Source: a virus. Taken from it: a stretch of 64,000 nucleotides of DNA. Within the stretch, counting starts at the first letter, position 1. Each line of letters begins with the position of its first letter. Location of the stretch: IMG/VR virus record IMGVR_UViG_3300047553_000733, positions 1-64,000 of that record; one strand, given 5' to 3'. The position numbers and the translations under genes are program-made. Positions 24,159 through 34,841 of this stretch are shown piece by piece. Under the pieces are notes generated by a model that did not search any database, was not told the DNA's origin, and saw nothing but the letters and a program-made list of their open reading frames with translations.

Positions 24159-24774
24159 ACGAAAACGCAGCGAACTAGAAGAAGAATTGATGACAGATGC
24201 AAATATTGCACGAGTTATCCGTCTACTAGAACCTGTGGAAGAAGGTGCAAAACCTATTACAAAAAAAGATGCTTGTCAAATTCTGGGTATGAGTTATAAT
24301 ACTACTCGTCTTGGAACTATTATTCAACAGTACAAAGATAAGCAAGCACGCGATAAAAAGTTTCGCGCTGAAAAACGCGGCAAGCCGCTTACCAACGACG
24401 AGCTAACTTATATTATCAGTGAGTATCTAGCTGGCGAACCTATTGATGGTATTAGCAAAAGCATTTATCGTAGTCCAGGATTTGTAAAACAAGTTTTGGA
24501 AGACTACAGTGTACCAATTCGTGTACCTGGTCACAGCTACTTTAGTCCGCAACTAATTCCTGAAGGTGCAGTGCGTGACCGATTTAAAGTTGGAGAGGTA
24601 GTGTACAGTGCTAGATATGACACACTAGCCAAGATTACTAGCGAGAAACAAGACCCTAAACATGGGTGGATTTATTCAATGTGGCTTCGTGGTAACTGGC
24701 AACAAAACGCATACCAGCCAGCGTATGAATTGGCCAGTCTAGAGCACTTGCGTGCAGTAGGGGTAACAATATGA
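24151..24774 (+). CDS. D2: T5 D2-like DNA-binding protein
   Basis: TKKDACQILG, KRG, YRS..VKQVLE, YELASLEHL match T5 D2. Confidence 0.85.
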   Translation: MAKRKRSELEEELMTDANIARVIRLLEPVEEGAKPITKKDACQILGMSYNTTRLGTIIQQYKDKQARDKKFRAEKRGKPLTNDELTYIISEYLAGEPIDGISKSIYRSPGFVKQVLEDYSVPIRVPGHSYFSPQLIPEGAVRDRFKVGEVVYSARYDTLAKITSEKQDPKHGWIYSMWLRGNWQQNAYQPAYELASLEHLRAVGVTI

Positions 24775-25052
24775 GCGAAGGTACACTACATTACGAAAAA
24801 ATGATTTACCACAATGAGGATAAGTATTATCAGCTTATGCTTACTGTGTCGGAATTTCGCGACAAGCACTATATCAACATACGTAAATACTTTCAAAGTT
24901 ATGAAGGCGATTTCGTTCCTAGTAAAGAAGGTGTCAGTATGGAAGCAAGCCTAGACAACATCTATGCGCTGCTGGACGGATTATTTGATATAGTTAGCAA
25001 AGGCGAGGCCGAAGAAATCATTGGTCGCTATGCTGAAAAAATTCACAGTTGA
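24771..25052 (+). CDS. PC4/p15-like ssDNA-binding protein
   Basis: LTVSEFRDKHYINIRKY..PSKEGVS; T5 synteny. Confidence 0.8.
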   Translation: MSEGTLHYEKMIYHNEDKYYQLMLTVSEFRDKHYINIRKYFQSYEGDFVPSKEGVSMEASLDNIYALLDGLFDIVSKGEAEEIIGRYAEKIHS

Positions 25053-25084
25053 TTTCAGTAACTTAAACCTGTATAATATATACT

Positions 25085-26038
25085 ATGACTGAACTAGAAC
25101 AATTCTTGAATAAAGCGGCCCGAGCATACTATGCAGGCCAACCAATCATCACTGACGATCAGTTTGATCGTCTTGCCGATAGCTGTGGCTACTCGGCTGT
25201 TGGCGCACGCAGTACTGGCCCAACCGAGCGTCACCTATACCAAATGTATTCACTTCAAAAGTATTATGAAGATGAAGGCAAGCGTCCGCTTGAAGGTATT
25301 CAAGACTTGTGCATGACTGCCAAACTAGACGGCGCAGCCGTTAGTTTACTGTATGTAGATGGCGTTCTAGTGCGAGCACTTACTCGTGGTGATGGAGTAG
25401 AGGGTCAGATTATCACAGACAAGATTCTGGCACATAAAGGTTTAGTGCCTAATAATATCAACTTGCCAGGAGTGTATCAGATTACTGGTGAGATTGTAGC
25501 ACCTAAGCATATTGAAAATGCCCGCAACTATGCGGCAGGCTCACTAAACCTTAAAGATGTAGAAGAGTTCAAAACTCGTGCACTTAGCTTCTTTGCCTAT
25601 GGCGTTCAGCCTAGCCTAGAACTAAAGTACGATGACGACTTACTGTGTCTACAACGGCGCGGATTTGGAACAATTAACGAACCCGAGCTAGACAAAATTT
25701 ACCCTTGCGATGGTATTGTGTTCCGTGTAAACTGTAACAAAACCTTTGTAGAAATGGGGTATACGGCAAAGCATCCGCGCGGTGCATATGCCAAAAAAGA
25801 ACGCGCAGAGCACGTAGAGACTAAACTCATCGGTGTAGAGTGGCAAGTTGGCAAGTCGGGTAAGGTTACCCCTGTTGCTATTCTAGAGCCTATCATGATC
25901 GGCGATGCCTTAGTATCACGAGCAACTCTCAACAATCCTGGATTTATTGAGAGCCTGGGCTTGCAGATCGGAGATACAGTAGCTGTTATTCGTAGCGGTG
26001 AAATTATCCCTTGTATCCTGCACAAAGTTGACGCGTAA
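25085..26038 (+). CDS. ligA: NAD-dependent DNA ligase, subunit A (adenylation/OB)
   Basis: KLDG, TRGDG, NARN, DGIV, RATLNN, SGEIIP. Confidence 0.95.
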   Translation: MTELEQFLNKAARAYYAGQPIITDDQFDRLADSCGYSAVGARSTGPTERHLYQMYSLQKYYEDEGKRPLEGIQDLCMTAKLDGAAVSLLYVDGVLVRALTRGDGVEGQIITDKILAHKGLVPNNINLPGVYQITGEIVAPKHIENARNYAAGSLNLKDVEEFKTRALSFFAYGVQPSLELKYDDDLLCLQRRGFGTINEPELDKIYPCDGIVFRVNCNKTFVEMGYTAKHPRGAYAKKERAEHVETKLIGVEWQVGKSGKVTPVAILEPIMIGDALVSRATLNNPGFIESLGLQIGDTVAVIRSGEIIPCILHKVDA

Positions 26039-26127
26039 ATTTTATTTTGCTAATGGGCAAACAAAATTTTAACTTGTCAACGAGCAGTTAATGCTGTATA
26101 ATTATATCTTAAATTGATAAAGCAACT

Positions 26128-26889
26128 ATGAGAATCACAATACCAACTGAATGTCCTTGCTGTAGTTACAAATTAGAACTGGTCAATGATCAGCTCTACT
26201 GTCGCAACACAGCCTGCGGTGCTCAGCTTAGTAAAAAAGTCGAGCACTTCTGCAAGACTCTTGGCATTAAGGGTATGGGTTCTCGCACAATTGAAAAACT
26301 CGGCTTAGCAGATATTACAGAGCTGTATTATCTCGAACCCGAAGAAGTTACCAGTCAGCTTAGTAGTGAGAAAGTGGCCACAAAGCTACTCGAAGAAATT
26401 GATAAGAGTCGCAGTGCTGATCTAGCCACTGTACTCAGTTCATTTTCAATACCACTGGTAGGTCAAACTGCAAGCAAGAAATTGTGTGAAGTAGTAGCAT
26501 CTGTAGACGAGATCAGTTTCGAGACTTGCAAGCAGGCCGGGTTGGGCGACAAAGTTACAGAAAACTTGCTCACCTGGCTAGAGACTGATTTCCAAGAGAT
26601 GAGAGAGTTCTTGCCTTTCTCGTTTCGTAGTGAAAGAGTTAGTGGTGTAAACAGCAATGCAAAAACTGTTTGTATCACTGGCAAATTAAATTCTTATAAA
26701 ACTAAAACCGAAGCACACAAAGCATTGGAGTCTGCAGGATTCAAACCTGTAGAGTCTGTAACAAAAACAACAGACTATTTAGTAGACGAAGAAGATAAAG
26801 GTAGCGCAAAACGCAAAAAAGCCGAGTCTCTCGGTATTACAATAATCACAAACTTAAATACTTTCTTGAAAGAAATTAGAAATGACTGA
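26128..26889 (+). CDS. ligB: NAD-dependent DNA ligase, subunit B (Zn finger, HhH, BRCT)
   Basis: CPCC..C..C, HhH repeats, CITG..SVTKTTDYLV BRCT; T5 split ligase. Confidence 0.9.
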   Translation: MRITIPTECPCCSYKLELVNDQLYCRNTACGAQLSKKVEHFCKTLGIKGMGSRTIEKLGLADITELYYLEPEEVTSQLSSEKVATKLLEEIDKSRSADLATVLSSFSIPLVGQTASKKLCEVVASVDEISFETCKQAGLGDKVTENLLTWLETDFQEMREFLPFSFRSERVSGVNSNAKTVCITGKLNSYKTKTEAHKALESAGFKPVESVTKTTDYLVDEEDKGSAKRKKAESLGITIITNLNTFLKEIRND

Positions 26890-27634
26890 AAAAGCTAAAA
26901 AGTGGTCCGATTCCGCTGTTAACACATTGATGGGCGTTATTGGTAGTCAGCGTCCAGTAAGCGCTGAAACCGTAGAACGTGCTGCACAAGCACTTGGCGC
27001 AGACTTTACTGCCCGTAGCGTTGCTAGCAAGTTGCGTCAACTCGAAGTTGAAGTAACTAGCATGGCTAAAGAAAAGACAAGCGCATTCACCGAAGATGAA
27101 GGTGCTAGCCTTGCTGAGTTCGTTATCAGCAACAACGGCAATCTCACATATAAGCAGATTGCTGAACAGTTTGCTGGTGGTAAGTTTACTGCCAAGCAAA
27201 TCCAAGGTAAATTGCTTGCCCTTGAACTGACTGGTAGCGTTAAGCCTGCCGAAAAGGTTGAAGTTGCTCGTACTTATACCGATGCAGAAGAAAGCAAGTT
27301 CGTACAGATGGCTGAAGCCGGTAGCTTTATCGAAGATATTGCTAGCGCACTTAACAAGACTGTTGCCAGTGTTCGCGGTAAGGCATTGAGCCTAACTCGT
27401 AAGGGTCAAATCGCTAAGATTCCAGCACAGCGCGTTAGCCATGCTAAGGAACAAGTTGACCCCGTTACTGCTCTAGGCGATCGTATTCACGGCATGACCG
27501 TGGCTGAAATTGCCAAGGCTGTTGACAAGACTGAGCGTGGTCTTCGCACTCTGCTAACTCGTCGTGGCATCAAGGTTGCCGATTACGACGGAGCTGCTAA
27601 GAAGGCTAAGGCAGAAGCAAAAGCTGCTGCCTAA
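26882..27634 (+). CDS. D5: T5 D5-like DNA-binding protein
   Basis: TARSVASKLR, QIQGKLLALE, DYDGAAKKAK match T5 D5. Confidence 0.95.
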   Translation: MTEKAKKWSDSAVNTLMGVIGSQRPVSAETVERAAQALGADFTARSVASKLRQLEVEVTSMAKEKTSAFTEDEGASLAEFVISNNGNLTYKQIAEQFAGGKFTAKQIQGKLLALELTGSVKPAEKVEVARTYTDAEESKFVQMAEAGSFIEDIASALNKTVASVRGKALSLTRKGQIAKIPAQRVSHAKEQVDPVTALGDRIHGMTVAEIAKAVDKTERGLRTLLTRRGIKVADYDGAAKKAKAEAKAAA

Positions 27635-27710
27635 TCTAGCAGGTATTATACCTATAGGTCGGGAGTTGGTTAAACGGCTCCCGACCTTTTTTCTTTTGCG
27701 GAGTCGAAGT

Positions 27711-28010
27711 ATGAAAGTCACTATTACATACCACGACAACGAATCTTTTACCGTGGAGGAAGTTGTCAAACAAGCTGTTCACAATTATGGTAAAGCTGTT
27801 AGCGTAGATATTATGCCCGAGTCAATGATGGCATATGATCACATCTACTTTGGTCTACAGCAACTTATTACCCACGAACAACTTAGCATACTTTTTGAGC
27901 AAGGCGGTACATATCAACAAGATATTAAAAAGCTCAGAGAACAGATACTGTACAAAGTTACTGAAATTATAGACCAAGTTATTATTGACAATGAATCGAA
28001 AGTAGGGTAA
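27711..28010 (+). CDS. hypothetical protein
   Basis: Start MKVTIT with GGAG RBS. Confidence 0.7.
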   Translation: MKVTITYHDNESFTVEEVVKQAVHNYGKAVSVDIMPESMMAYDHIYFGLQQLITHEQLSILFEQGGTYQQDIKKLREQILYKVTEIIDQVIIDNESKVG

Positions 28011-28012
28011 TC

Positions 28013-29401
28013 TTGGATACTTCAGCAGTAGTCTTAAATAAATTATTAACAGAGCGAAATCTAGAAATCTGGGCAAAGCTCAAGTTAGTATTCTTAGACG
28101 CTGCGTACTCTTCCCTTTATGGTGCCATTAACAAGTATTATGAAAAATACAATGGTATCCCATCGTTTGACGATCTAGAACTAACCTTAAGGGAGGGTCC
28201 GGCGTCAAAAACGTTAGCAACCCTTAAGTTGACCGAGGTTCCTGATGTTTCAGCAGAAGTCGCATTAGACGCACTAATAGATCAATATACACAAAACGAA
28301 ACAGTAAAATTACTAGATAAATTTGTAGATAAATTACCGCTTTACGATACAAACGAAATAAAAGATAGTTTAGCAAATATTGCGCTAACTATTGAAGAAA
28401 AGACACACACCAGTGAAAAAGTTTTCACTATGGCCGATTTAATGATGTTTCAACATCCCGACGATCTGGAGAAAGAGCGTGTTTATTTGGGTCTTAATAA
28501 TACTTTTGACGCTGTGCTGGGTGGCGTGGCTAGGCAAGAGCTCGTACTCATTGGGGGTCGGCGAGGATCTGGCAAATCTATTACTAGTAGCAATATTTTT
28601 GTTAATCAATATGAGTCTGGTAATAGCAGTATTTACTTTAGTATTGAGATGACTGCGATAGAAGTCATGCATCGCAACTTATCTATATTAGCTAATGTAA
28701 ACTTACAAAATTTAAAACAAAATAAACTAACAGATGACGAAATACTAAAAGTAGTTAGGGCTAGAGCAGGAATGTTTGATGCTTCTGATGAAACTGTGCA
28801 TAACTTTTTAAGACACAGAGACCGATACAGGTTCGAGGAAGAGTTAGTACGAAATCACACATTAAAAGTAGATAATCAAATGATTATTGTAGACGATCGC
28901 GATCTTACCCTAAGCAGTATCGACTTGCACATTGGCAAAGCCAAGGCAAAGTTTGGTGATAAGTTAAAGGTAGTAGTGGTTGACTACATTAATCAAATTG
29001 TACTAGAAGGACAGGATCAATATGATTGGAAACCACAGATTGAAGTGTCCAAAAAGCTTAAGAACCTCGCACGCAAATACGAAGTGGTTATGGTTTCACC
29101 GTATCAAATTGATGCAACAGGTGAAGCCCGATTTGCGAAGGGTATTCTTGATGCGGCCGATATTGCTCTTACAATGGAAGCCCATGACAAAGAAACAAAT
29201 GCTGTTAGCTTTGAGACCACAAAAATTCGTGGAGGAAAAGAAATGGCTTTTACATGCCCTATCGACTGGGATACCCTACGGATTAGCCCGCAATCCGTGG
29301 ACAGACCCCAGGCTAAAGAACCAATTAAAAAGACTGGTAAAAAGAAAGAACAACCGGATTTAAAGCAAGACGATAGCAACGCAGACATACCGTGGAATTA
29401 A
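28013..29401 (+). CDS. replicative DnaB-like helicase (T5 D6-like)
   Basis: GGRRGSGKS Walker A, FSIEM, VVVDY, ARFAKGILDAAD. Confidence 0.9.
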   Translation: MDTSAVVLNKLLTERNLEIWAKLKLVFLDAAYSSLYGAINKYYEKYNGIPSFDDLELTLREGPASKTLATLKLTEVPDVSAEVALDALIDQYTQNETVKLLDKFVDKLPLYDTNEIKDSLANIALTIEEKTHTSEKVFTMADLMMFQHPDDLEKERVYLGLNNTFDAVLGGVARQELVLIGGRRGSGKSITSSNIFVNQYESGNSSIYFSIEMTAIEVMHRNLSILANVNLQNLKQNKLTDDEILKVVRARAGMFDASDETVHNFLRHRDRYRFEEELVRNHTLKVDNQMIIVDDRDLTLSSIDLHIGKAKAKFGDKLKVVVVDYINQIVLEGQDQYDWKPQIEVSKKLKNLARKYEVVMVSPYQIDATGEARFAKGILDAADIALTMEAHDKETNAVSFETTKIRGGKEMAFTCPIDWDTLRISPQSVDRPQAKEPIKKTGKKKEQPDLKQDDSNADIPWN

Positions 29402-29402
29402 A

Positions 29403-30257
29403 ATGAGTGATCCAGTTTTAGACATATTAAAAAAGAATGGCCTGGCACCTGCGGTGTCGGGCCGTGACTATTTAATTAAGTGTCTAAATCCTGAGCATGA
29501 CGACAGCAATCCTAGTTTTAGAATTGATCGTGTATCAGGAGTTGCACACTGCTTTAGTTGTGGGTTTAAAACCAATATATTTAAATTTTTTGGTGTATTT
29601 ACCAATCCTGTGCCAATTAGAATTGCTGCGCTAAAAGAAAAACTAGCGGAGTTAAAGACTAGCGGTACTGGACTAGACTTGCCTAGTGGTCATACACCCT
29701 ACACCAAACAGTTTCGTGGCATCAGTCCACAAACATTACGTCATTTTGGTGCATTTTATACAACGCAAGTTGAAAAACTACAAGATCGTATAGTTTTTCC
29801 TATTAAAGATATTACTGGAAAAATTGCAGTATTTGTTGCTCGTCATACTATGAGTAATGGTAACCCCAGATATGTAAACTATCCTAGTGGAGTTAGAATA
29901 CCTGTATTTCCAAGTTACTTGCCGAGTGGATATAAGTCTATGGTTCTAGTAGAAGGCATATTTGATATGCTAAACTTGTACGACAATGGACTAGAGAATG
30001 TAGTTGCAGTATTTGGCACAAATACCTTACAGAATGAAACTAAAGCTAAGTTATTGCCTTTTAAAGCTCAGGGCATAACTCATATATACTTACTATTTGA
30101 TGGTGACGAAGCTGGTCGTAAAGCATCACAGCAAGTAAAACCGCTGATAGAACAAGAAGGCTTTATAGTAGAAGTTATTAACCTACCTGATGGTACAGAC
30201 CCAGGTGAATTAGATAAAGAAGATATACGCAGCATTGCTGAGTATATTGATAAATAG
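29403..30257 (+). CDS. DNA primase
   Basis: CLNPEHDD..CFSCG zinc finger, LVEGIFD, FDGDEAG TOPRIM. Confidence 0.95.
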   Translation: MSDPVLDILKKNGLAPAVSGRDYLIKCLNPEHDDSNPSFRIDRVSGVAHCFSCGFKTNIFKFFGVFTNPVPIRIAALKEKLAELKTSGTGLDLPSGHTPYTKQFRGISPQTLRHFGAFYTTQVEKLQDRIVFPIKDITGKIAVFVARHTMSNGNPRYVNYPSGVRIPVFPSYLPSGYKSMVLVEGIFDMLNLYDNGLENVVAVFGTNTLQNETKAKLLPFKAQGITHIYLLFDGDEAGRKASQQVKPLIEQEGFIVEVINLPDGTDPGELDKEDIRSIAEYIDK

Positions 30258-30313
30258 TCTTGAATATTTAGCCAAGATACGCTATAATAAAGTATCACAA
30301 AGGAACTAAACAC

Positions 30314-32593
30314 ATGAAAATCGCAGTAATTGACAAAGCACCAAATCGCACTAGGTATAGTGATTACTTTCAGTTCGAGTATGATCACTACCACATGAGT
30401 AGTAAGCCTATCACTAAACTACTCAAAAAAGATGTAGATTTAGAGGTAGACCTAGAGCCATACAACTATGTTATCTTGGTCGGTGCAGAAGCAGCCAAAG
30501 AATACGCTAAAATTACCTCAGTAACAAACTATGCTGGACAACTAGTAAATGATAAATTTATTCCTATCAGTAACCCTGCTATGTTGGCTTTTAAGCCGGA
30601 GGGCAAGCCTGACTTCCAGCGAGCAGTTGATAAAATCCACAAGTATATTGAGGGGGTTTTGCGACCAACTGCTGATGGAGACTATAAAGGGATTAGTGAC
30701 ACAGCAGAGGCAGCAGCTTTCTTGCAAGAAGTCATTGACAATGCACAAGGCTATGTAGCACTAGATACAGAAACAACAGCACTATATCCTCGTGATGGAT
30801 ATGTTCTCGGACTGTCCATTAGTTATAAAACTAAGCATGGACGATATATTCTTACTGACTGTTTAGATGAAGAATGTATGGCTTTGCTGGAGCGAATTGT
30901 TGCCGACTTTAGCATAGTATTTCACAACATGAAGTTTGACTATAAAATGATTAAGTATCATTTAGGTTTAGACTTCAATCGTGATAAAGTACATGACACT
31001 ATGGTCATGCACTACGTGCTTGATGAAGCAGATACACACGGACTAAAACAGCTGGCGCTGAAGTATACCGACTATGGTGACTACGACAGTGAACTTGACG
31101 ATTTTAAGAAAGAATACTGTGCTAAAAATGGTATTCTACAGGATGACTTTACTTATGACCTTATTCCGTTCGATGTTATTAGCCGTTACGCTGCAATTGA
31201 CACAGCCGTTACATACGATCTTTTCCAGAAATTCTGGCCTATCGTACAGAAAAACGATAAACTGCTCCATGTATACAAGCAGATTCTAATTCCAGGTACA
31301 TTATTCCTAATGGATATGGAAGAAGTTGGCATCCCCATTAGTCGTGAGCGAATGGAAGCAGCTAATCTATACTTGGATGAAGAAGTACAGAAAGCAAAAG
31401 AGGCCATCTATGCCTTTGAAGAAGTTAAGCGGTTTGAGCAAGACACTGGTAAGATTTTTAATCCTAATAGTGTTATGCAGCTGCGTGTCGTCTTGTTCGA
31501 TTATCTTGGTTTGGAACCTACTGGAAAAAAGACAGCAACAGGAGCAATCTCAACCGACGCAGAAGTCCTTGAGCAGTTGAGTGAGTTGCACCCACTTCCA
31601 GCAGCAATTTTGAAAGTGAGACAGCTTGGCAAGATTCAGAATACCTACATTCAAAAAATTCTACCAGAGCTTGATAGAGATAATAGAATTCGTACCAATT
31701 TTAATCTTACTTTTACCACTAGCGGTCGTCTCAGTAGTTCTGGTAAGTTTAACGCTCAGCAAATTCCTCGTGACGACCCTATTATCAAAGGTTGTATTCA
31801 GGCTCCGGCGGGCTATAAAATCGTATCGCAGGACTTGACGACAGCAGAAATGTACTATGCTGCTGTGCTGAGCGGTGACAAAAATCTGCAGAAAGTATTC
31901 TCTAGTGGCGGTGACTTTCACAGTACAATTGCAAAAATGGTTTTCAATTTACCTGGCGAAGTTGAGGACGTAAAGAAACAGTATGGTGCTATGCGTCAAA
32001 GCGCAAAAGCTATTAGCTTTGGTATTCTATATGGTAGTGGCGCTAATAAAGTCTCACAAACTGTTACCAAGGCCACTGGTGAAGAGTATCCAGTAGAACA
32101 GGCCCGTGACGATATTAAGCAATACTTCAGCAGATTTAGCAAACTAAAGCAGTGGTTAGATACTAGAAAAACATTTATTGAACAAAATGGTTACACATAC
32201 TCATTCTTTGGCAGAAAACGCAGACTACCTAATGTATTTAGCTCAGATAAAGGTATTGCGGCTCACGAAGTGCGCAGCGGAATCAATGCCGAAGTTCAAT
32301 CACTCGCAAGTGATGTTAACTTACTTGGAGCTATGCGAACAGCGAATGAGATTAAGGCGCGTGGACTAGATGCTAGTATTTTTATGCTAGTACACGACTC
32401 CATTGTTGCTTTAGTACGCGAAGATCAAGTTGGAGACTACTGTGAGATCCTAAAGCGTAATACTCAACACGATTGGGGCTGCTCTATTCCAGACTCTCCT
32501 ATCGGAGTAGACCAAGATATAGGAGATGATTACAGTTTTGGAAAATTCATCGAGACCTATGCTATTACAGGAAATAAGCTTTCCCGTATTTAG
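30314..32593 (+). CDS. pol: family A DNA polymerase with 3'-5' exonuclease
   Basis: DTETT, HNMKFD, SGRLSS, RQSAKAISFGILYG, VHDS. Confidence 0.95.
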   Translation: MKIAVIDKAPNRTRYSDYFQFEYDHYHMSSKPITKLLKKDVDLEVDLEPYNYVILVGAEAAKEYAKITSVTNYAGQLVNDKFIPISNPAMLAFKPEGKPDFQRAVDKIHKYIEGVLRPTADGDYKGISDTAEAAAFLQEVIDNAQGYVALDTETTALYPRDGYVLGLSISYKTKHGRYILTDCLDEECMALLERIVADFSIVFHNMKFDYKMIKYHLGLDFNRDKVHDTMVMHYVLDEADTHGLKQLALKYTDYGDYDSELDDFKKEYCAKNGILQDDFTYDLIPFDVISRYAAIDTAVTYDLFQKFWPIVQKNDKLLHVYKQILIPGTLFLMDMEEVGIPISRERMEAANLYLDEEVQKAKEAIYAFEEVKRFEQDTGKIFNPNSVMQLRVVLFDYLGLEPTGKKTATGAISTDAEVLEQLSELHPLPAAILKVRQLGKIQNTYIQKILPELDRDNRIRTNFNLTFTTSGRLSSSGKFNAQQIPRDDPIIKGCIQAPAGYKIVSQDLTTAEMYYAAVLSGDKNLQKVFSSGGDFHSTIAKMVFNLPGEVEDVKKQYGAMRQSAKAISFGILYGSGANKVSQTVTKATGEEYPVEQARDDIKQYFSRFSKLKQWLDTRKTFIEQNGYTYSFFGRKRRLPNVFSSDKGIAAHEVRSGINAEVQSLASDVNLLGAMRTANEIKARGLDASIFMLVHDSIVALVREDQVGDYCEILKRNTQHDWGCSIPDSPIGVDQDIGDDYSFGKFIETYAITGNKLSRI

Positions 32594-33089
32594 ACTAGGT
32601 GAAAAAAGACCGACTATAGATGCTGGAGTAACTTTCTTTATGGCCGAATATAGTGATAAAGATAGTGCAAAATACTCCAGTAACTATAGAATAGTTGATG
32701 ATAAAAATATAGATAAGCCAACCCTAGGGCTGCGAAGATTGATGCTAGCACAAAAAGTTTCGTTATTTCCTATCGGTTCGGCTATTTATTTTTTAGCAGA
32801 CTTAATAAAATTAGCAAAAAGTACAACCTGGTTTGTGGACAACACCGGTCAGGTTTTTCAACATAAAAAATCCACACGCGCCAAGCTGACAACAAAGAAG
32901 ATAAAACAAGTTTTACCTGCAAGTACCTTAGGGTGTGTAATAGAAGTTGATGGTCTGTCTCAGAGATTCAAGTCTATGCAGCCACCTCAAGCATATCAAA
33001 AATATGCCGGACTATTAGAAATATCTGGTGGTCACATATTATATGGATTCTATGAGACGCAGATAAAAGACACTTGGAGACTAGTATAA
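32559..33089 (+). CDS. T5-like hypothetical protein
   Basis: Between pol and D10 as in T5; FPVFRL. Confidence 0.7.
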   Translation: MLLQEISFPVFRLGEKRPTIDAGVTFFMAEYSDKDSAKYSSNYRIVDDKNIDKPTLGLRRLMLAQKVSLFPIGSAIYFLADLIKLAKSTTWFVDNTGQVFQHKKSTRAKLTTKKIKQVLPASTLGCVIEVDGLSQRFKSMQPPQAYQKYAGLLEISGGHILYGFYETQIKDTWRLV

Positions 33090-34384
33090 TGCCTAAAGCA
33101 ATAATATCTAATAGAATATATATGGATGATCCGGGCAGAGATCATACAAAACACATAATCAAAACTCTTACATACAAGATTCATAAGGATACTGGTAGTA
33201 AAAAGTTTGTGAGTGTGGAAACAATTAGAAATTATAAATCGCTTGTAAATGGTATCATAACAGTACCACAGGGCAGACTAGATTTAATACCGAAAGAATA
33301 TGAAGTTGTAGATAAAAGGGTACTTCATCCAGTACCTTTTCCAAATCCAAAATTCGAACTAAGAGAAGATCAAGAGATAATATACAATCAAATTACCGAT
33401 ACTTGTTTTATTAATGCTCTAGTAGGTTGGGGTAAGACTTTTACCGCCCTACACGCTGCTAGAAAGCTAGGGCAAAAAACTCTTGTAATTACCCACACAA
33501 CCGCTCTGCGAGATCAGTGGATAGAAGAAGTAGAAACACTTTTTGGTATCTCTCCAGGAGTGATAGGTAGTGGAAAGTTCGATATTGAAGATCATGCTAT
33601 AGTAGTGGGTAATATACAAACCATAGTTAAAAATCTTGACAGTTTGTGCAAAGAATTTGGAACACTAATATTGGACGAAGCACATCACTGTCCAGCTACC
33701 ACTTTTGCAGGTACTGTAGACGCATTTCATGCTAGATACAGAATAGCCCTTAGCGGCACAATGACTCGTAAAGATGGCAAGCACATACTGTTTCAAGATT
33801 ACTTTGGTCACACTGTATACAAGCCCCCACAGGCAAATACAATAAATCCTACGGTACACATAGTCAAAAGTGGGCTTACATTAAAGCCTGGCGCAACTTG
33901 GGTTGAGAAAATTAATGATTTAACCCAAAATGACAATTATAGAAAGTTTATTGCTGGTTTGGCTAATATGCATATTAGTTCAGGCCATAGTGTTCTCATT
34001 GTAGCAGATAGAGTAGAGTTTTTAGAAAAGGTAAAAGAATATGTTGGAGAAACGTGTTTGTTGGTTACTGGCGAAACGGACTTTGAAGCAAGACAACGAG
34101 CCAAAGAACAAATACTTAACAAACAAAAAATGTGTATTGCTGGTTCCCGCCAAATATTTGCAGAAGGAATCTCAATAAATATTTTAAGTTGTGTTATATT
34201 AGCTGTACCTATGAGTAATGATAGTTTACTAGAACAGATTGTAGGCAGAATAATGCGTCCACATGAGGGTAAAATAGATCCTATAGTTGTTGACATACAG
34301 TTTGCTGGCTGGGCAGATAAAAAGCAGAATACTGACAGGCTAGGTCTTTACCTACGCAAAGGCTGGGAAGTTGTAACGGTTTAA
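33089..34384 (+). CDS. D10: SF2 helicase (T5 D10-like)
   Basis: GWGKT, DEAHH, LSGT, QIVGRIMR. Confidence 0.95.
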   Translation: MPKAIISNRIYMDDPGRDHTKHIIKTLTYKIHKDTGSKKFVSVETIRNYKSLVNGIITVPQGRLDLIPKEYEVVDKRVLHPVPFPNPKFELREDQEIIYNQITDTCFINALVGWGKTFTALHAARKLGQKTLVITHTTALRDQWIEEVETLFGISPGVIGSGKFDIEDHAIVVGNIQTIVKNLDSLCKEFGTLILDEAHHCPATTFAGTVDAFHARYRIALSGTMTRKDGKHILFQDYFGHTVYKPPQANTINPTVHIVKSGLTLKPGATWVEKINDLTQNDNYRKFIAGLANMHISSGHSVLIVADRVEFLEKVKEYVGETCLLVTGETDFEARQRAKEQILNKQKMCIAGSRQIFAEGISINILSCVILAVPMSNDSLLEQIVGRIMRPHEGKIDPIVVDIQFAGWADKKQNTDRLGLYLRKGWEVVTV

Positions 34385-34442
34385 AAAATTCAACTTGTAA
34401 CTACATAGCCAGTGTGCTATAATATAACATAAGTTCTAGATT

Positions 34443-34841
34443 ATGGCACTTTTCTTTGACTTACAAACTCTTGAGACTAAAACACGGAGTGATTCTGTAA
34501 AATTAGTCGAAGTTTTGCGATTGCATTATTTAGGTAAAACAGCACCAAAAAACGCTAGAGATTTAGTGAAACCACTTAATAAACTTGTTGGAACTAGTTT
34601 CTTACTTAATGCAAAAGCACTTTTCGAAGATAAAACTACTGATATAGCTTATAAAGCCCAATACATCAAACTAGCTGGGCGAAGAGACTATTTACTTTAT
34701 AAACTATATGGTTATAAACATTTAGATTTATCTTATTTTTTGGATATAAATGTTAAAATAATACAACATAAACCGCTACTAACGATAACCGAAAACAAAA
34801 TTTATTTTAAATACGAGGAAATAATTAAAAATGGCACTTAG
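34443..34841 (+). CDS. T5-like hypothetical protein
   Basis: Between D10 and D11. Confidence 0.7.
   Translation: MALFFDLQTLETKTRSDSVKLVEVLRLHYLGKTAPKNARDLVKPLNKLVGTSFLLNAKALFEDKTTDIAYKAQYIKLAGRRDYLLYKLYGYKHLDLSYFLDINVKIIQHKPLLTITENKIYFKYEEIIKNGT

Noticed and set aside
25085-26889. Split DNA ligase as a pseudogene or novelty
   Set aside because: A two-gene NAD-dependent ligase is the normal T5-like arrangement.
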